Origin: Octopus vulgaris
Taxonomy: Eukaryota
Direction of reading: 5' to 3'
NCBI GenBank assembly: GCA_951406725.2
Contig: OX597817.1
Location: 34,782,001 to 34,846,000, forward strand
DNA length: 64,000 bases
Positions 24,601 to 38,619 of the stretch are shown in pieces (positions within the stretch are counted from its first letter, which is position 1; each line of letters starts with the position of its first letter). The notes beneath the pieces are model-generated. The model did not search any database. It was not told the origin of the DNA and saw only the letters and a program-made list of their open reading frames with translations. The position numbers and the translations under genes were made by a program.

Positions 24601-25785
24601 GCAATGGCTATAGAAATAGTGAGCTTTATTTAATAACCAGTTGTTCTAGCAAGCGGGGGCTCATATCAGTGAGGGGCGGGGGTGCGCATTGATGCCGTCG
24701 AGAGGTAGGCCCAGAAACGGCGCGCATTCTCTCCTGATGACCCCATACACTTGCTGGCTTCCGGTATGCGGAGTTCTCGACTGGTAGCACTTGCATGTGC
24801 AAGTTGTTTGCAAGACATCAAGTAAATCTTTATCAATGACTTGAAATTACTTGATCTGGTATGGAATGCTAAAAGTACTTAGGGTGTATGAAAATATATC
24901 CGATGTTGGAATTTGTTGCCATAATTTTTTAATCTGGGTGTTTCCTTTTATGACCCAGACAACCAAGGCATATAACATCAAGATAACGTCAGGTGTGTAT
25001 GGTAGACTGAGTCGTCTATGAGGCATAAGTTGCAGCAACTCATCGGTATATGCGAAGGCAATTTTAAGAGACGTTATGCAAATCTCCAGTCTTCTTTCCA
25101 GCACATCGAGAAAAGTAAAACCACTCAGTTGGCTAGCCATGTATAGGGTTTGAAGGCCAACTGCACACCACGTGCAATCAAGTGGAAAATCATAGAGATC
25201 TCCGCCATATGCAAATGAATTTTAGAAATGCAACTGATGCGTAACTGAAAGATTGCACATTCTTTTTGGATTTCTAGAATTTCATCACACTAATTAATTC
25301 CAGATCCGAAATTTTCAAATGCAAAATCATGGACAATTTTTTTTTATGAACTGGAGGACACCACCCAGACTGAGCAGCTGCCTCGCAGACTTTGGACCCG
25401 TCTCTGTTGAATTATTCTACAACTAATTGAATTTGACTTCTACGATCAAAGGGGATGTAACTCAAATATTCTTATTTTTCCTTTCTTTTTCCGTTTTTAT
25501 TTACCTTTTGTCTTCTCATCCTACTTTATGTACCAACCTTCCTCTCGTTTTACCTAGTGGCTTCTCATGTACCAGCATCCAGATTTTCATATAGAGCAAA
25601 TCATGTGCTCAGAGTCTGAAGATTGCTTGAAGACACAAGGTACGTTATGAAAACTTGCCTAACCAGGTGTCTTAATGGCAAGAAACTATTAGTAGCTCTT
25701 ATTTTAATATAGTGCACATTAAATTATATTTATCCCTCACATGAACCGGAAGGAGTACTTAACGGAACAGTAAATCAGTAAATTG
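24600..25785 (+). mobile_element. Penelope-like element remnant (GIY-YIG endonuclease plus pseudo-LTR)
   Basis: LIGICEGNFKRRYANLQSSFQH...TQLASHV*GLK...IKWKII then C..C.TERLHIL; HHR downstream. Confidence 0.85.
25611..25699 (+). ncRNA. Type I hammerhead ribozyme, canonical core, long stem II
   Basis: agagt CTGAAGA ttgc..agacac...gtgtct..gcaa GAAAC tatta GTA gctct. Confidence 0.75.
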
Positions 25786-25792
25786 TGTGTGT

Positions 25793-25872
<80 letters not shown>
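25785..25872. repeat. (TG)n microsatellite
   Basis: Direct inspection. Confidence 0.95.
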
Positions 25873-25875
<3 letters not shown>

Positions 25876-25892
25876 GAGAAAGAGAGAGAGTC

Positions 25893-26620
25893 CTGAGAAC
25901 TCTGCATACAGTAGCTAAATGATCTACAATGTTTGCAGTAACAGTACTCAGATTACATTTCGGTTACATGATTGAGCGCTTGATAAGATACAGGACATTG
26001 ATACTAAAACCTGAATATTATTAAGTAACTCCAGAAATGTTCATCTCAAGGGATGCAGACTCTTACTTCCTAAAACGAAAACAAGGAAGATCAGGTATAA
26101 CATCGATCAGCCTTAATGTTGCATCATACCCGCTCGGCATCCATTAACCACCAAGCATTAAAGTATATCCACTAAGCAAGCTTGCATATATGAGACAAAA
26201 TAAGCATCATGAGAGGTGGAAAGGAAAGTATTCTCTGAGCGATTACCAAGGATACATACCCAAAGAAGTTGTACAGATCTGCAACAGATAATTAGATGAA
26301 AGGCTGTAATTCTATCAACAGTATCATGCATTGTTATGTTTTCAGAAAACCTCAAAGTGACAGTTACAAAGAAAACCAAAGTGGTTTACCTATAGAAGCA
26401 AGCAGTGTGTTTGCTCTCACTTTGAGGAAAGAAACTGAATTGCAGATAAAACACATAAATATTGACAACAAGGAAGAGGAAAGATGTCATTTACATCATA
26501 AGCAGTTGTCCTAAAGTATAAGATACTATCTATCGATGAGGTATGATGCCTTGGCTTAAACATTATACGAAACAATCCATAGAAAACATAATCCTGAAGG
26601 CAAAAATATAAGAAATTACT
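25893..26620 (+). mobile_element. R4/NeSL-like LINE remnant, second part
   Basis: FAVTVL...FG, IQDIDTKT*ILL, YFLKRKQGRSG degenerate motifs. Confidence 0.55.
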
Positions 26621-26729
26621 ATGTAGAGGGTATATTCACTCATAATATGAAAAATTTATTGATTCAATGTCTCTATCGAAACTTCAGTAAAATTTAGGTA
26701 TAACAGACCAGACGTAATGCCCTAGGATA

Positions 26730-27178
26730 ATAATGAAAAATGGGATCTTTTCAACAATAGCAAGCGTTCTGCACGGTGGCTGGATAGAGATGTAGTGCCA
26801 AAACACAATCCAAAAAAGAATATTCACCAAAAAAAGCTAATGGTGTCTGTTTGGTAGTTTAGCGCTGGTGTCAACCACTACAGTTTCATGAGACCTGGTA
26901 AGTCAATTACAGTGGATGTATGCACCAACCGATTGGATGAAATGATGAGTGAACTTGCAATTAAACAACCGAGATTGGTCAATAGAGACAGACCAATTCT
27001 CTTGCAAGACAGTGCTTGACCACATGTTGCACAAAGAACACTACTCAAGTTACAGGAACTGAACTTGGAAGTATTCTGTGATCCACCGTATCCACCAAAC
27101 CTTGCACCAACTGACTATCACGCTTTCCAGGCTTTAGACAACTTTTTGCAAGGAAAAAACTTCAAATCTGAAGAAAAT
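26730..27178 (+). mobile_element. Mariner (cecropia/Hsmar1-like) transposase remnant
   Basis: NEKW, HQKKLMVSVW, PILLQDSA*PHV, PPYPPNLAPTDYH.FQALDNFLQGK. Confidence 0.92.
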
Positions 27179-28149
27179 AGCTGTTTACGTCACAGTAACA
27201 ATATTTTGAGAAGCAGTAAATAATATGAGGCCGAAAGAAAGAATATCATTGGTTAAAATTCGAATTTTTAAACAACGTTAAACTTAGAAATTACAATTCC
27301 GTTTTCATTTTGGTTAACAATTATGTTTTCTTTTGACACATTCTACCAGTATACGAAGTTTCAAATTGTTTAGTTGACTAGGAAAATCTGGCTTTCAAAA
27401 AGAAAAGATCCGAAGATTGGTTTTAATTTTAGGATAAAATATGTAAAAAGAATCAGTGAATCAAAATCAAATTGTGCCCTATTTTTACTTAAACATTTTT
27501 ATAAATGTGCCACTGAACACAATAAGATCAAGAAGAACAATGTTCAGTCATTTTTCTCTTCTTTGCTGAGGCAATTAAAAATGTGATCATATGTTTTACT
27601 CTGTCTATTCTACTTGGTATGTAACTATGATGCAAATGTGTTTACTGAAAATATAAGTAAGCAAATGTACTTGGTTAGTCTTTGACAAATGCACCCTAAT
27701 AATAAATAATATCGTAAGAGCTTTTAATACGGTTTGGCGTCATGATGTCTCCTATATTGTATACTACTACATCATGGCATGTAGTTGGTGTAGGTAATTA
27801 TACACAAACACATAAATATAAATTTGTATAAGTAGGTAGGTAGATATCTTTGTTTAATTAGAATATGTTATATTTACTTGCGTACTACTTATTGACTCTG
27901 GATTATGTAAAATACCAAGTGTCAAGGCCAAATAAATGAAACAATCAAATAAATAAACTATTTTGCTTATTCTTTGAATATCGTAAGTGACACAATATCA
28001 TTTATGATACTAAGTGCAGAAATAGTTTATAAACGCTTTCTCACAGCATATTACATACGAACTTAAGAACCCCATTGCACTTGTATATTTCTTTAAGAGT
28101 TATTATTAGCGTTGTAACTATTAATCGAACTATTAACCTATATACTCTG

Positions 28150-31100
28150 TCGCTTTTCTATATTCTTAAGAACGAAATTATCTTATATCCAATACACAAA
28201 AGAGTATTTATCGTTACTAATTTCTTATTTAAGGTTCATTCTCTCAAATGTACAAATATAAATATACGTGGAAATAAGTCAGAATGAAGAGTATTAAATA
28301 GGATTTGTGAACAAAAATTAAGTCTCTTATTTGGTTCGCCGGAAGATTATCTCTACTCCAGACCTTGATTTACTATCAAACAGAAAGGTAGTGATAGTGA
28401 AAACGCTGTATTCCATGTGATAGTGTTTCCTATATTTAGTCTTTGCTCTATTTTAGAATCAAAATCTGTTTTGATTTGTTTCTTCTGCGACCGATAAAAC
28501 GAGCTCCAATGATATAACTGGACTTAGTAAATCTGGTAAACCTTATCATAAAAAGTGGAGGATTCTTATATTACAGGCAAGAGATATTTTTGTAGTGAAA
28601 GCAATAAACTTCGTGAAACGAATATTCCAAGCAAATTTTTTTCTAGTTCTAGCTGTTTTCACTTCATTAATGCTATTAATAACAGGAAAGTTTCAAACAT
28701 TGTAGTTCCTATTTTTTCCTTTTGTATCATAAAGGTTAATCTTGCATTGGGAGATAATATGGGTCGGAAAACGCCACACAAGACTCTATACTAACCACGC
28801 TTTCTTTACTTCTTTGGTATAGAAGGAAAGGCAATGCCGATGGCCTTTGCGCCGCCTCATAGACCGGTGAGCTTGATAGAGGATAAACAATGAGTAAGAA
28901 GATAATTCCAAAAGGACTAACACTTTGGAAAGAAACTTGGTGGGTTGGTTACAACAATTTCACAAAACGAAGGAAGTGGGGCGAGAATTTCTGAGTTTTG
29001 GTGACATGAGAAACTATTATTATTGTTTGTAACCGTATAATTTTGTTCAAGCTATAATTGATTTGTGGAAAAGACCAATTCACAATATCTCATTTCGTTT
29101 TTTGTCAATAAATATGAAGTCTGCTACCTAGTGAAAACAAAATAACATTACATATTTATATAGAGATACGGTGTTTGTAAAAGTGATAAAGAGGACAAAT
29201 GCTTTTGCGATATCTAATTCATATCTTTGCTCTGACTTGATGTCCAAATCACTTTGGAATTTATTCTGCTTTCATCTATCTGAGAACGAAAAATTTCCTC
29301 GTCTCTCACGACGATTCCATTTAAATCCCACCTTGTCTGGCATTTGGTTAAAGGAATGGAAAGAGGTAATTTCTTCGAAATATTTGTATTATGGATGGGT
29401 TTCAATTTTATATTTGCCTCTTTTGTTTAGTATCTGCAGAATTGTTTTCCATTTATTTTTGAGTGTTTGATACACCTGAGTATTATTGGTGCTACCTAAC
29501 TCATTCCAGTATCCACCTGCTTCAGACAGAGGCACGCTAGTTGGCTCGCCCTTCTACATATTTCGTTGTCTTTGCTGATCAGAAATTATTCCTTATATCA
29601 TATGAGACGTTCAAACATTCCTTTCGAGATTTTTTTCTGTAAGATTTTCGTTTCTTTCCCATGGGAGAATTTTATCCACCACAGTGTTCAATCCACTTTA
29701 GAATCGACCGGTTTGGCATTTGGTTTAAGAACTGGAAATAAAGAAATGGAATTAAAGAAATATTTTATAGACATTCCATAAAATATTACGTACACTGTGC
29801 ACAGATAGGTTATTGGTAAGCTGGGCTTGGGGTTTGATTTATTTTTATTAGCCTTGCGTTTTATGACATTTTTCCTCGAGGTGAACCTGGCACTTAGAAT
29901 CTATTTCTTAGATATTTTAACCAGAACTCAGAAAATTGATTACTTCATGGTAAATTCTAATTGATTATTTTTTTCTAACCTCTGTACAACTTTATTTTTA
30001 TTGCTAATGGTCCCGTGATTGTTCAGATGATGGAATTCTTGTCTTGAAGGTTTTTGCCCATGGTGATCCATTTTCTGACCACATTCATCTTCCAAATTCT
30101 TTTACTATACCTGCTTTAGGCGCTGCGTTGATTAGCGTTTTATTTTTGTCTAGATATTGATAAAATTGTTTTGGTTTGGTGTCGAGCTGTTTGTTTTTCA
30201 TGTTGCTTGCTCGAGGTTAGATGTTCCTTTATGAGTAGTTTTGAGGTTTTCCCAGTTATCTTTGTGACAACTACTGTGGTTTATGCATAGATTATTTGAT
30301 TTATCTTGGCGAGATTGATGTTCGTATCTGTTTCACTAACAATATTTGCCGGGGTTTATCTTTAGAAATTCTTATTCTCAAATCTCCCTCATATCAATTT
30401 GTATTCATATTATCGTTCGTGTAGTTTTTATCTGTATTTTGTAGATATGCTTGGGTTTTATTTTGTTGTATTTTTATTTTTTGTTTTGCATGAGCCAGAT
30501 TAATCTTCGTGATTTATGTTTCGAGTGTTTATAGCTTTAACGTTCTTTTTTTGTCTTTCGTTATGTAATCTTTCTTTTAAGTTTTCTGTTTCATTGTCTG
30601 ATTATTAAATTAGTTTATCGAAAAATCAAAGTTACTTTGATACAAAGATTATTTTCTCTCCGGATATTTTGCAAGTATGTTATGGTAAGCTCGTTATTCT
30701 TTCTTTCTTCTTCGATGGCGTTCAGCTGTAAAATATGCATGTAGTATGGAAACATATTCCTGTCATATCCAGTCATGCTTTTTCTCTTCTATTTGCGGGA
30801 CTTGAAGATTAAAGTCCAACCATTTATTTAGTTTTTCAATTTTTTTACTACCTATCTCTTGTTCTTTTTAGGAGCCAAATTATCCCTAATTTAAGCATAG
30901 GCTGAATGTTATGGATTTCATTTCTATTGATTTCTGGATGGGTTGTGGAGGGTATTGAGTTTGTTTTTTTCTTCCAGTGCCCGTTGGTATGTTTACAAGT
31001 TGTGTATAATTTGTGATTTGTGCGAACATTTGCAATGCATATAACAGGCAAAAAAAAAAAAATTAAAGAGCAATAAGCTTCACAAAGTTAATATATTACT

Positions 31101-31480
31101 TACAATATACCCTCCAGCAGTGTTGTCATTATTTTCGATTTTCTCCATAGTTATTTCCTTGAGATTAATGTGTATTGGGGGTGGGGAACAGTAAAGTACA
31201 GATGCCTGTTGTTACTTGGCTTAGCGCTATGTATGATAGTAATATTTTCTGTAATATTCTATTGTTCTGTATTTATTGCGCTACAGAGCGCATCTCTGTA
31301 CATCTTGAGTGTGTGCAGTATTTTGTCTTGGGTTTGGTTTTACTATTTTATGGAAAGTACAGTGCGTAATATGGGAGTAGTGCCTGGTAGTGTATTTTCT
31401 GTGTTGTCTACATTTGTATGTCCTGGGGTTTTGACCTTATACTTCTTGCTCGTTTTATAGTCATTTCCAAACACTTCTTT
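28150..31480 (-). mobile_element. Possible highly decayed L1/Tx1-like LINE
   Basis: About 3 kb free of microsatellites, A-rich on the minus strand; only weak motif hints. Confidence 0.3.
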
Positions 31481-32454
31481 CAGTTTTCAATCAACTCAAA
31501 AGAAAAAACGTTCTGGTTATATCTATTTGTAGATTTTTACATTTGATATTCAAATATGTACAAAATACTTATTTCTCCGTCTTTTTTCTTTTTCTTGATC
31601 CCTGCCATAAATAGACATTCCGTTGATTTTATTATTCTGGCCATCACCTTCAAAACCAATCTCATACTTTAGTGAACTCTCACAACTACTGTTGCTCACT
31701 AGATGCCTGGAACACTTATTTCTAAAACCGTTTATTTGATTAAATCCATCTGTTTTTTTTGTGAAAGGATAAAAACTTGTGCTTACTCAGCTACTGCAAA
31801 GCGATACTACTTAAAATGTAGGATCGTATTTAATTTATTTAGTAGTTTTGAAGAAAGCGAGGATAAAAATGTCGTAAAATTTCAGTGACATTTATGTATT
31901 TCAATCTTAACTAGATCTCTTCAGCATTGTGACGAATTACAGATAATTTATGAGGTTCAAAATAAATAGGTACATTTTATTAAACAGAGAATGTAGCACG
32001 AAAGTAACTTCAAGCATGAGAACCAAGATAGAAACATCTCTTCAAATCGACGAGAGGAAGGCAATAAATGCAATTAAGGTTCTTTTTCTCTAATCAGAAT
32101 GATGAACACAAGAGGCAGATGGGGGAAGGAAAGGAAAGAGAGAGATGGATGGAATGTTGGATGGAGTCATTTGTTTTACGCGCCTTTCCAAATTAAAATG
32201 TTTAAGGATTATTTTTTTCTTCTTCGCCTAAACCTTTTAATCTTTATTAGTACCTACCATAATTCAGTGTATGGAGAACCAGAGCAATTCGATTTACTGG
32301 GTATATACATCGCTCGTCTTAATAAGTGTAACCTACTGGATTATTGCAGACGTCGAGTAAAAAGGCTTGAACAAAGAAGAAAATATTTCCGAAAGCATTT
32401 GAATCTGGAATGGAAGTGTTATTAAAACCCATGCATGGAAAACAAATGAATTTA

Positions 32455-32479
32455 ACTCTCTCTCTTTTTCGCTCTCTCT

Positions 32480-32546
<67 letters not shown>

Positions 32547-32702
32547 GTGTGTCTGCGTTTGAGTGTTTATCTTTCTGATTTCGTATGTTTATGTTTCTTC
32601 TTTCGTGTCTGTAGTTTTCTCATGTATTTCGCCTTTGTACTGTTCCCCATGTTCTTGGGCTCTTGTAGCTCGTTATCATTATTATTATTATTATTATTAC
32701 TA

Positions 32703-32778
<76 letters not shown>

Positions 32779-32982
32779 CATCATCATCATTATTACTATC
32801 ATTATTATTATTGTTATTATTATTATTATTATCATCATCATTATTATTACTATCATTATTATTATTGTTATTATTATTATTATCATCATCATCATTATTA
32901 TTACTATCATTATTATTATTGTTATTATTACTATTATCATCATCATCATCATCATTATTATTACTATCATTATTATTATTGC

Positions 32983-33016
<34 letters not shown>

Positions 33017-33018
33017 GC

Positions 33019-33057
<39 letters not shown>
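32455..33057. repeat. (CT)n followed by compound (ATT)n/(ATC)n array with higher-order units
   Basis: Direct inspection. Confidence 0.95.
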
Positions 33058-33058
<1 letters not shown>

Positions 33059-33949
33059 GTCTTGTCTAGAGTATATGTACTCTCCAGGAGTTATATTGTT
33101 ACTTCAAGAAAGATTAGATATGTGAAAATATTTTTGTTGCATTTATCAGTGATACTTTTCGCAGGTTATGGACATTATTAGGAATACTATCTTCTGAATT
33201 TCGCATATAGAATATAAATCTAGTTGTTCAACTTTGGGGCTTCCTTTCACAATTCATTACTTTCCTATAATTAATGATACTAATATTTGCGCATTTTCCA
33301 CATATTTGCTACTTTTCTTTGTTGTTCTTTGTGTTCGGAGAGTTGTTCACCTTTTTTTACGTTATTGTCTTACGAGCAAACCATTCCCTTTCGTATTCAA
33401 AACCAGGATGTTTTAATCTTTTATAATGAAATCATATCAGTTTGCTACCATCTCTCCACGCATTCTCCGCAACGATCTCTGTCTCAGATACACATGTGTC
33501 GTATTTCAATTACTGGGCTTTTATTTTCTTATAGTTTCCAGTATAGTTTCCACTCTATTATGTCTTCTGGGTGATCGGAAGCGGCTAGTATGGAGCATCA
33601 GCCAATATAATACTAACGTGATGCTCTTAACATAATCCATTCATATTCAATATTTTGTTTTAGTATATATTTATGGTAGTGTTCATTTGAGAGACACTGT
33701 TTAAGAGCAGAAATTACTAGGTCTTCACATTGTACTATCAATCAAGAGCCTTGAAGCCAGATGTATTTCTGTTGCTCCTTGCAATCAAGTGTATTAAGTT
33801 GTTTAGCAATTGTCTGTACATTTTTAGTTCTCTATTGTGTTCATTTTCTCGATTGTTTCGTGTTCTATTTATTCTTCAATTATTATATTTTTATTGTTAC
33901 ATCTGTACTTTCTGGAGTGTATATGTTCTTAAGAATATAATATTTGTAC

Positions 33950-34105
33950 GGCTTTACATTCTGAGTTCGAATTCCGCCGAAGTCGAATTTGCTTTTCACC
34001 GTTTCTAAGTCGATAAAGTAAGTACCAGTTGAATCTGGGGGTCGATGTAATCGATTAACGCTCTCCCACAAAATTTCAGGCCATGTGCCTATAGTAGAAA
34101 GAATA
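33950..34105 (+). mobile_element. SINE family B, 5'-truncated
   Basis: Family B match. Confidence 0.8.
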
Positions 34106-34739
34106 TTGTAATATTTGCCATTTTCAAAATGTATAGTTAATCTTCCTCTGACTGATAAACTGATATGTACTTCTCTGAAAGAGACTATCGCGCTTTTTCT
34201 AGCATTATATGTCCAGTTCTACAATTGAAACATAATAAACACGGTCTGGTTGCACAAAACTTTTTCTTCCATCCTGACTGGAGATATAAATGCAGAAATT
34301 TGTCTGCTTTTTAGATGATTTCTGACGCAATACATTTTTTGTTTTACAATTTTTAATCTAAAGGAAATTAGGTTCTTGTGATTCAGTAGAAACGATTATT
34401 ATTTCATTTAGTTTAGAAATAATTAAATTTCTGATTTCGAATCAAGTCCAAGACTTACTTATCCCTTTAGTCAGGAGGAAAGGAAGTGCCCATGACCCTT
34501 TTACAGGACCTCTGAGACTGAGGGAAGCGAAAGAGGAAGATATCCTGAAATCAAAGACCTAGAAAGAATGTTTGCAACATAATGAGCCCTAAGGTGCCAG
34601 GTAGCTGCGTTATACCAGGTAATAGATTAAGTTTATCACCCAAGCAGACCATGGTAGGATTTGAACTCAACATGCAAAGAGCCAGCGCAAGGCATCCGAT
34701 CCAAAGCTCTTAAAGTTCCACCAGGCTACGACCTCTGCC

Positions 34740-34920
34740 CAAGGAGGAAAAGCAAAGTTAACTTCAACAAGATTTGAATGTAGTGTAGAGGGTTGGAACA
34801 AATGCCACCAGGTACTTTTTTCGATATTCCAATGACTCTGCCAATGCGACGAATAAGGCATAAAAAGCCAGAAGAAATGCCACTAAGCATTTTTCCGACG
34901 TTCTAACGATTCTGCCAGCT
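34740..34920 (-). mobile_element. SINE family B, decayed
   Basis: ctaacgattctgccagct head in reverse. Confidence 0.6.
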
Positions 34921-35387
34921 GAACATCTTAGTGTAGATATAAATGTTGTAAACACCTTGGAAAATTATAATTTCATTAGCAATCATCCGCAGGTATTAAC
35001 TTAAAAACGAAGCAACAAATTCATTTGAAGGATAGTGTTGGTGAAATAGAGCCTCCGTTTTATAATAGAGACTGGTATTTTATGTCATCAACACCAGTAA
35101 GATTAAATACAAAGTTGACCTCGGTTGGTGTCGAGCTCTAACTATAACTAAATGGGACTCAATACTCTGAGGCAAGTCTAACTCGCTACCCTTTCTACCA
35201 GATCAATGTCTTGATTAACTAATTTATCGGTTAATTAATTAACAGGATTATGTTCAGTTTTTAAACCAATGAAATTCCTGCCTTTGTAATAACTGAAAAA
35301 AGAAAAGCTTGCAAAGTCTTACAGGTTTTCTTTTTCGGTGTGCCGGGAAATGTTACATTTTGCCTAATCCAGTTATATCCTATCTTA

Positions 35388-35780
35388 TGGGGAATGGGAA
35401 GCACTCCGTCGGTTACGACGACGAGGGTTCCGGTTGATCCGAATCAACGGAACAGCCTGCTCGTGAAATTAACGTGTAAGTGGCTGAGCACTCCACAGAC
35501 ACGTGTACCCTTAACGTAGTTCTCGGGGATATTCAGCGTGACACAGAGAGTGACAAGGCCGGCCCCTTGAAATACAGGTACAACAGAAACAGGAAGTAAG
35601 AGCGAGAGAAAGTTGTGGTTAAAGAGTACAGCAGGGATAACCACCATCCCTGCTGGAGCCTCGTGGAGCTTTAGGTGTTTTCGCTCAATAAACACTCACA
35701 ACGCCCGGTCTGGGAATCGAAACCGCGATCCTACGACCGCGAGTCCGCTGCCCTAACCACTGGGCCATTGTGCCTCCACA
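35388..35780 (-). mobile_element. SINE family C, full length with alternative tail
   Basis: Intact tRNA-like head; 3' module ending cgtaaccgacggagtgcttcccattcccc; flanked by atatcctatcttat repeats (probable TSD). Confidence 0.9.
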
Positions 35781-35892
35781 TATCCTATCTTATACCGAAT
35801 ATAAGCTTCTTTTTAAGATTTAATCAATTACCATTGGGCCCTTGCTCGGTAGTTAAAAATTAACCCTTAAATACTCCTTCTAAATTTGTCAC

Positions 35893-36085
35893 ATGGCCAG
35901 CAATCTTGAAAGTAGGGGACCAGTCGATTACATAAGTACTATTCAAGGAACTGAAATCATTTTATCGGTCTCTGTGAGATGAAAGGCATAACTGACTTCA
36001 GCAGGATTTGAACGCAGAGCATAATGAGTTGAAAGAAAGGAAACTCGGCATTTTTTCCGATGCCATAACGATTCTACTAGCTTGC
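35893..36085 (-). mobile_element. SINE family B, decayed
   Basis: Diverged family B match. Confidence 0.55.
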
Positions 36086-37153
36086 TGTTTTAATTGGAAT
36101 ATAACTATTAAAGATAGCAATAATTAATTCCTTTCCTAAAAACGAAAATTGATTTAACATTGCAAAAATATAACTTCCAGGCAAAAATTAATAAAGTTTA
36201 TCGATGACCGGTAATCGATAACCCGAAATAACTCGCCATGTGCTATGTTTGATGATGATCCCGAAGAATAATCACAAATAATAAATAAAAGTCACATTTA
36301 TGAGTAAGAAAACGGAAATTGTCGAAATATTCGCTAACCGAATGGACTGTGTAAAAATAGCATTAAAATAATGAAACGATGCCAAGTTGCATAAAACTTT
36401 ACTGGCTATTTCTTTCGCCTATGCGTGTGTGTGCGTGCGTACGTGTGCATACGTGTGCGTGCGTGTGCGTACGCGTACATGTGTGAGTGTTTGCGCACGC
36501 ATGCATGTATGTATGCACTCACACACATACACACACACACACACACACACATACATATAAAACACATTGAAACACGAAGCCGTACTACGCAGGAATCTGC
36601 AGTCTATTATGGAAAGCATTGATGACTCACATAACACTACACATGCGCATTACGGTGAAATGAAATGGTTTCATAATCGAATGATATAAAAGTCAATATG
36701 AAGCAAGCTATTTTCCCCAAGAGATGAGGGCATATTCGTTGAGTAATGACAGGTAATAAAAGATGAACCGGGACCAATAACAGTTGCGGGTTAAGTACAA
36801 GCTGCCTAGCTGGTATGATATAAAATGCTGTTGTAAAATAGAGGGCGGGAATTGGGAATAATAGCACTGCAGTATATATGAAAAGAAAAGAAGAGAAAAA
36901 TGCCCTGTTTAAAATCACCGTGCGTTTCATGTATATAGGCAAATAAATCTCAAGAGAATGGTCAACTGAAGGAAGTTACTTAGGAGGAGGGATTGGTGCC
37001 AACAGCAATTATTAGTCGCTCTAATAAGACTGGCGAGTCCAAGAATTAGTTCAGTTAGAAAGATATGCCTTTACTTTTAACATACACATCTGTGTCTGCC
37101 TCTCTCTCTCTCTCGCTCTCTCTCTCTCTCGCTCTCTCTCTCTCTATCCCTCC

Positions 37154-37205
<52 letters not shown>

Positions 37206-37208
37206 TTA

Positions 37209-37255
<47 letters not shown>

Positions 37256-37291
37256 GCCTGCCTGCCTGCCTGCCTACCTGTCTATCTATCA

Positions 37292-37322
<31 letters not shown>

Positions 37323-37323
37323 G

Positions 37324-37375
<52 letters not shown>

Positions 37376-38060
37376 CGATCGATCTATCTTTTCTCTCTCT
37401 CTCTCTCTCTATCTCTCCATTTATATATCTATCATACGTGCGCAAGCACACACACGCATGCATGCCCGGATATGCTTCTCTTGGCTTTTTTCTGTTCTTC
37501 TCTCTATATCTAAGTTCATACGTGACATGTGGTATAAGTGTGACTGTTTGCTTGCGATTGCATGCATGCCCATGTCTTTATACAGATAAGTATGTGATTA
37601 TATGCATGCTATGGTTTGCATCAGGTATCCGATCCGAGTGTTTACCAGCTATTCTCAATTCATTTGAATCAGAAACTCTGCGAGAAACCATGACATGCAT
37701 TTAATAACTTAGTTTCCTACATACTTACACATATACACAATTTCGTCACTCACACACACACACAAACACAGAGAGAAACGTTATATACCATTGGTCTTGC
37801 ATGACTGAGTGATTAAGAAGTTCGCTTCACAACCATGTTGTTTTGAGCGAAGGTGATGTCCCGTTAGACATCACCTTCGGCAAGTGTCTTATAATAAATA
37901 CTGGCTCTGACACACCATGAAAGATAGTCCCAATTTTCCAAAAACATTATTTTATTATTGCTTGCAGACAGTTTTTTGAAATCAGTGACGGAAGTTACTA
38001 GAAAAACACTTAAGTATTTGCATACAAGGTCTTCCTTTTCATCGTAAACCGGTGATTACC

Positions 38061-38103
38061 GCCCGTTGACAAGAGGCAACTACCTCGAAACTGCGGTCCG
38101 TGC
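38061..38103 (+). ncRNA. Type I hammerhead motif with U3-A8 core
   Basis: gcccg TTGACAA gagg caacta cctc GAAAC tgcg GTC cgtgc. Confidence 0.6.
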
Positions 38104-38451
38104 GTATCACTTAGGCTTACGAGAAAGGGATGACCTCCCTTTGCAAATACCATAAGGGCACAGATAGTGTGCCTAAAGCCAGCTGGAGACGATGATCTCC
38201 TGGGGCTAAAAGCTTCAGTAATACCCAGCCTTTGTGGTTAGCCATATTGAGATGGCTATTATACTTTACATTATTTTATTTGATAAACTACAAGACCCGT
38301 TTCTCATGATCACACGTTGTCCTTTGCATATGGTGCTGAAAGATATGTTCTTATGCGTTTACGAATCTTTCACTGATGCAGATTTAAATTACAAAATATA
38401 TTTATACTTAACTTCCATGACACACGTTGTGTGCACTTTCAGTTTGTAAAT

Positions 38452-38495
<44 letters not shown>

Positions 38496-38559
38496 TTGTG
38501 TGTATGTGTGTGTGTGTGTGATTGTGTATGTGTGTGTGCATGTATTTATAAATATATAA

Positions 38560-38619
<60 letters not shown>

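Noticed and set aside
32547-33069. Poly-Leu, poly-Tyr/His and poly-Ile ORFs
   Set aside because: Translations of an ATT/ATC microsatellite
35690-35780. tRNA-like sequence (also 4505, 15140, 49985)
   Set aside because: SINE heads continuing into SINE body; not a standalone tRNA gene
36637-36942. 101-aa hydrophobic minus-strand ORF
   Set aside because: No motif or splice support; consistent with chance
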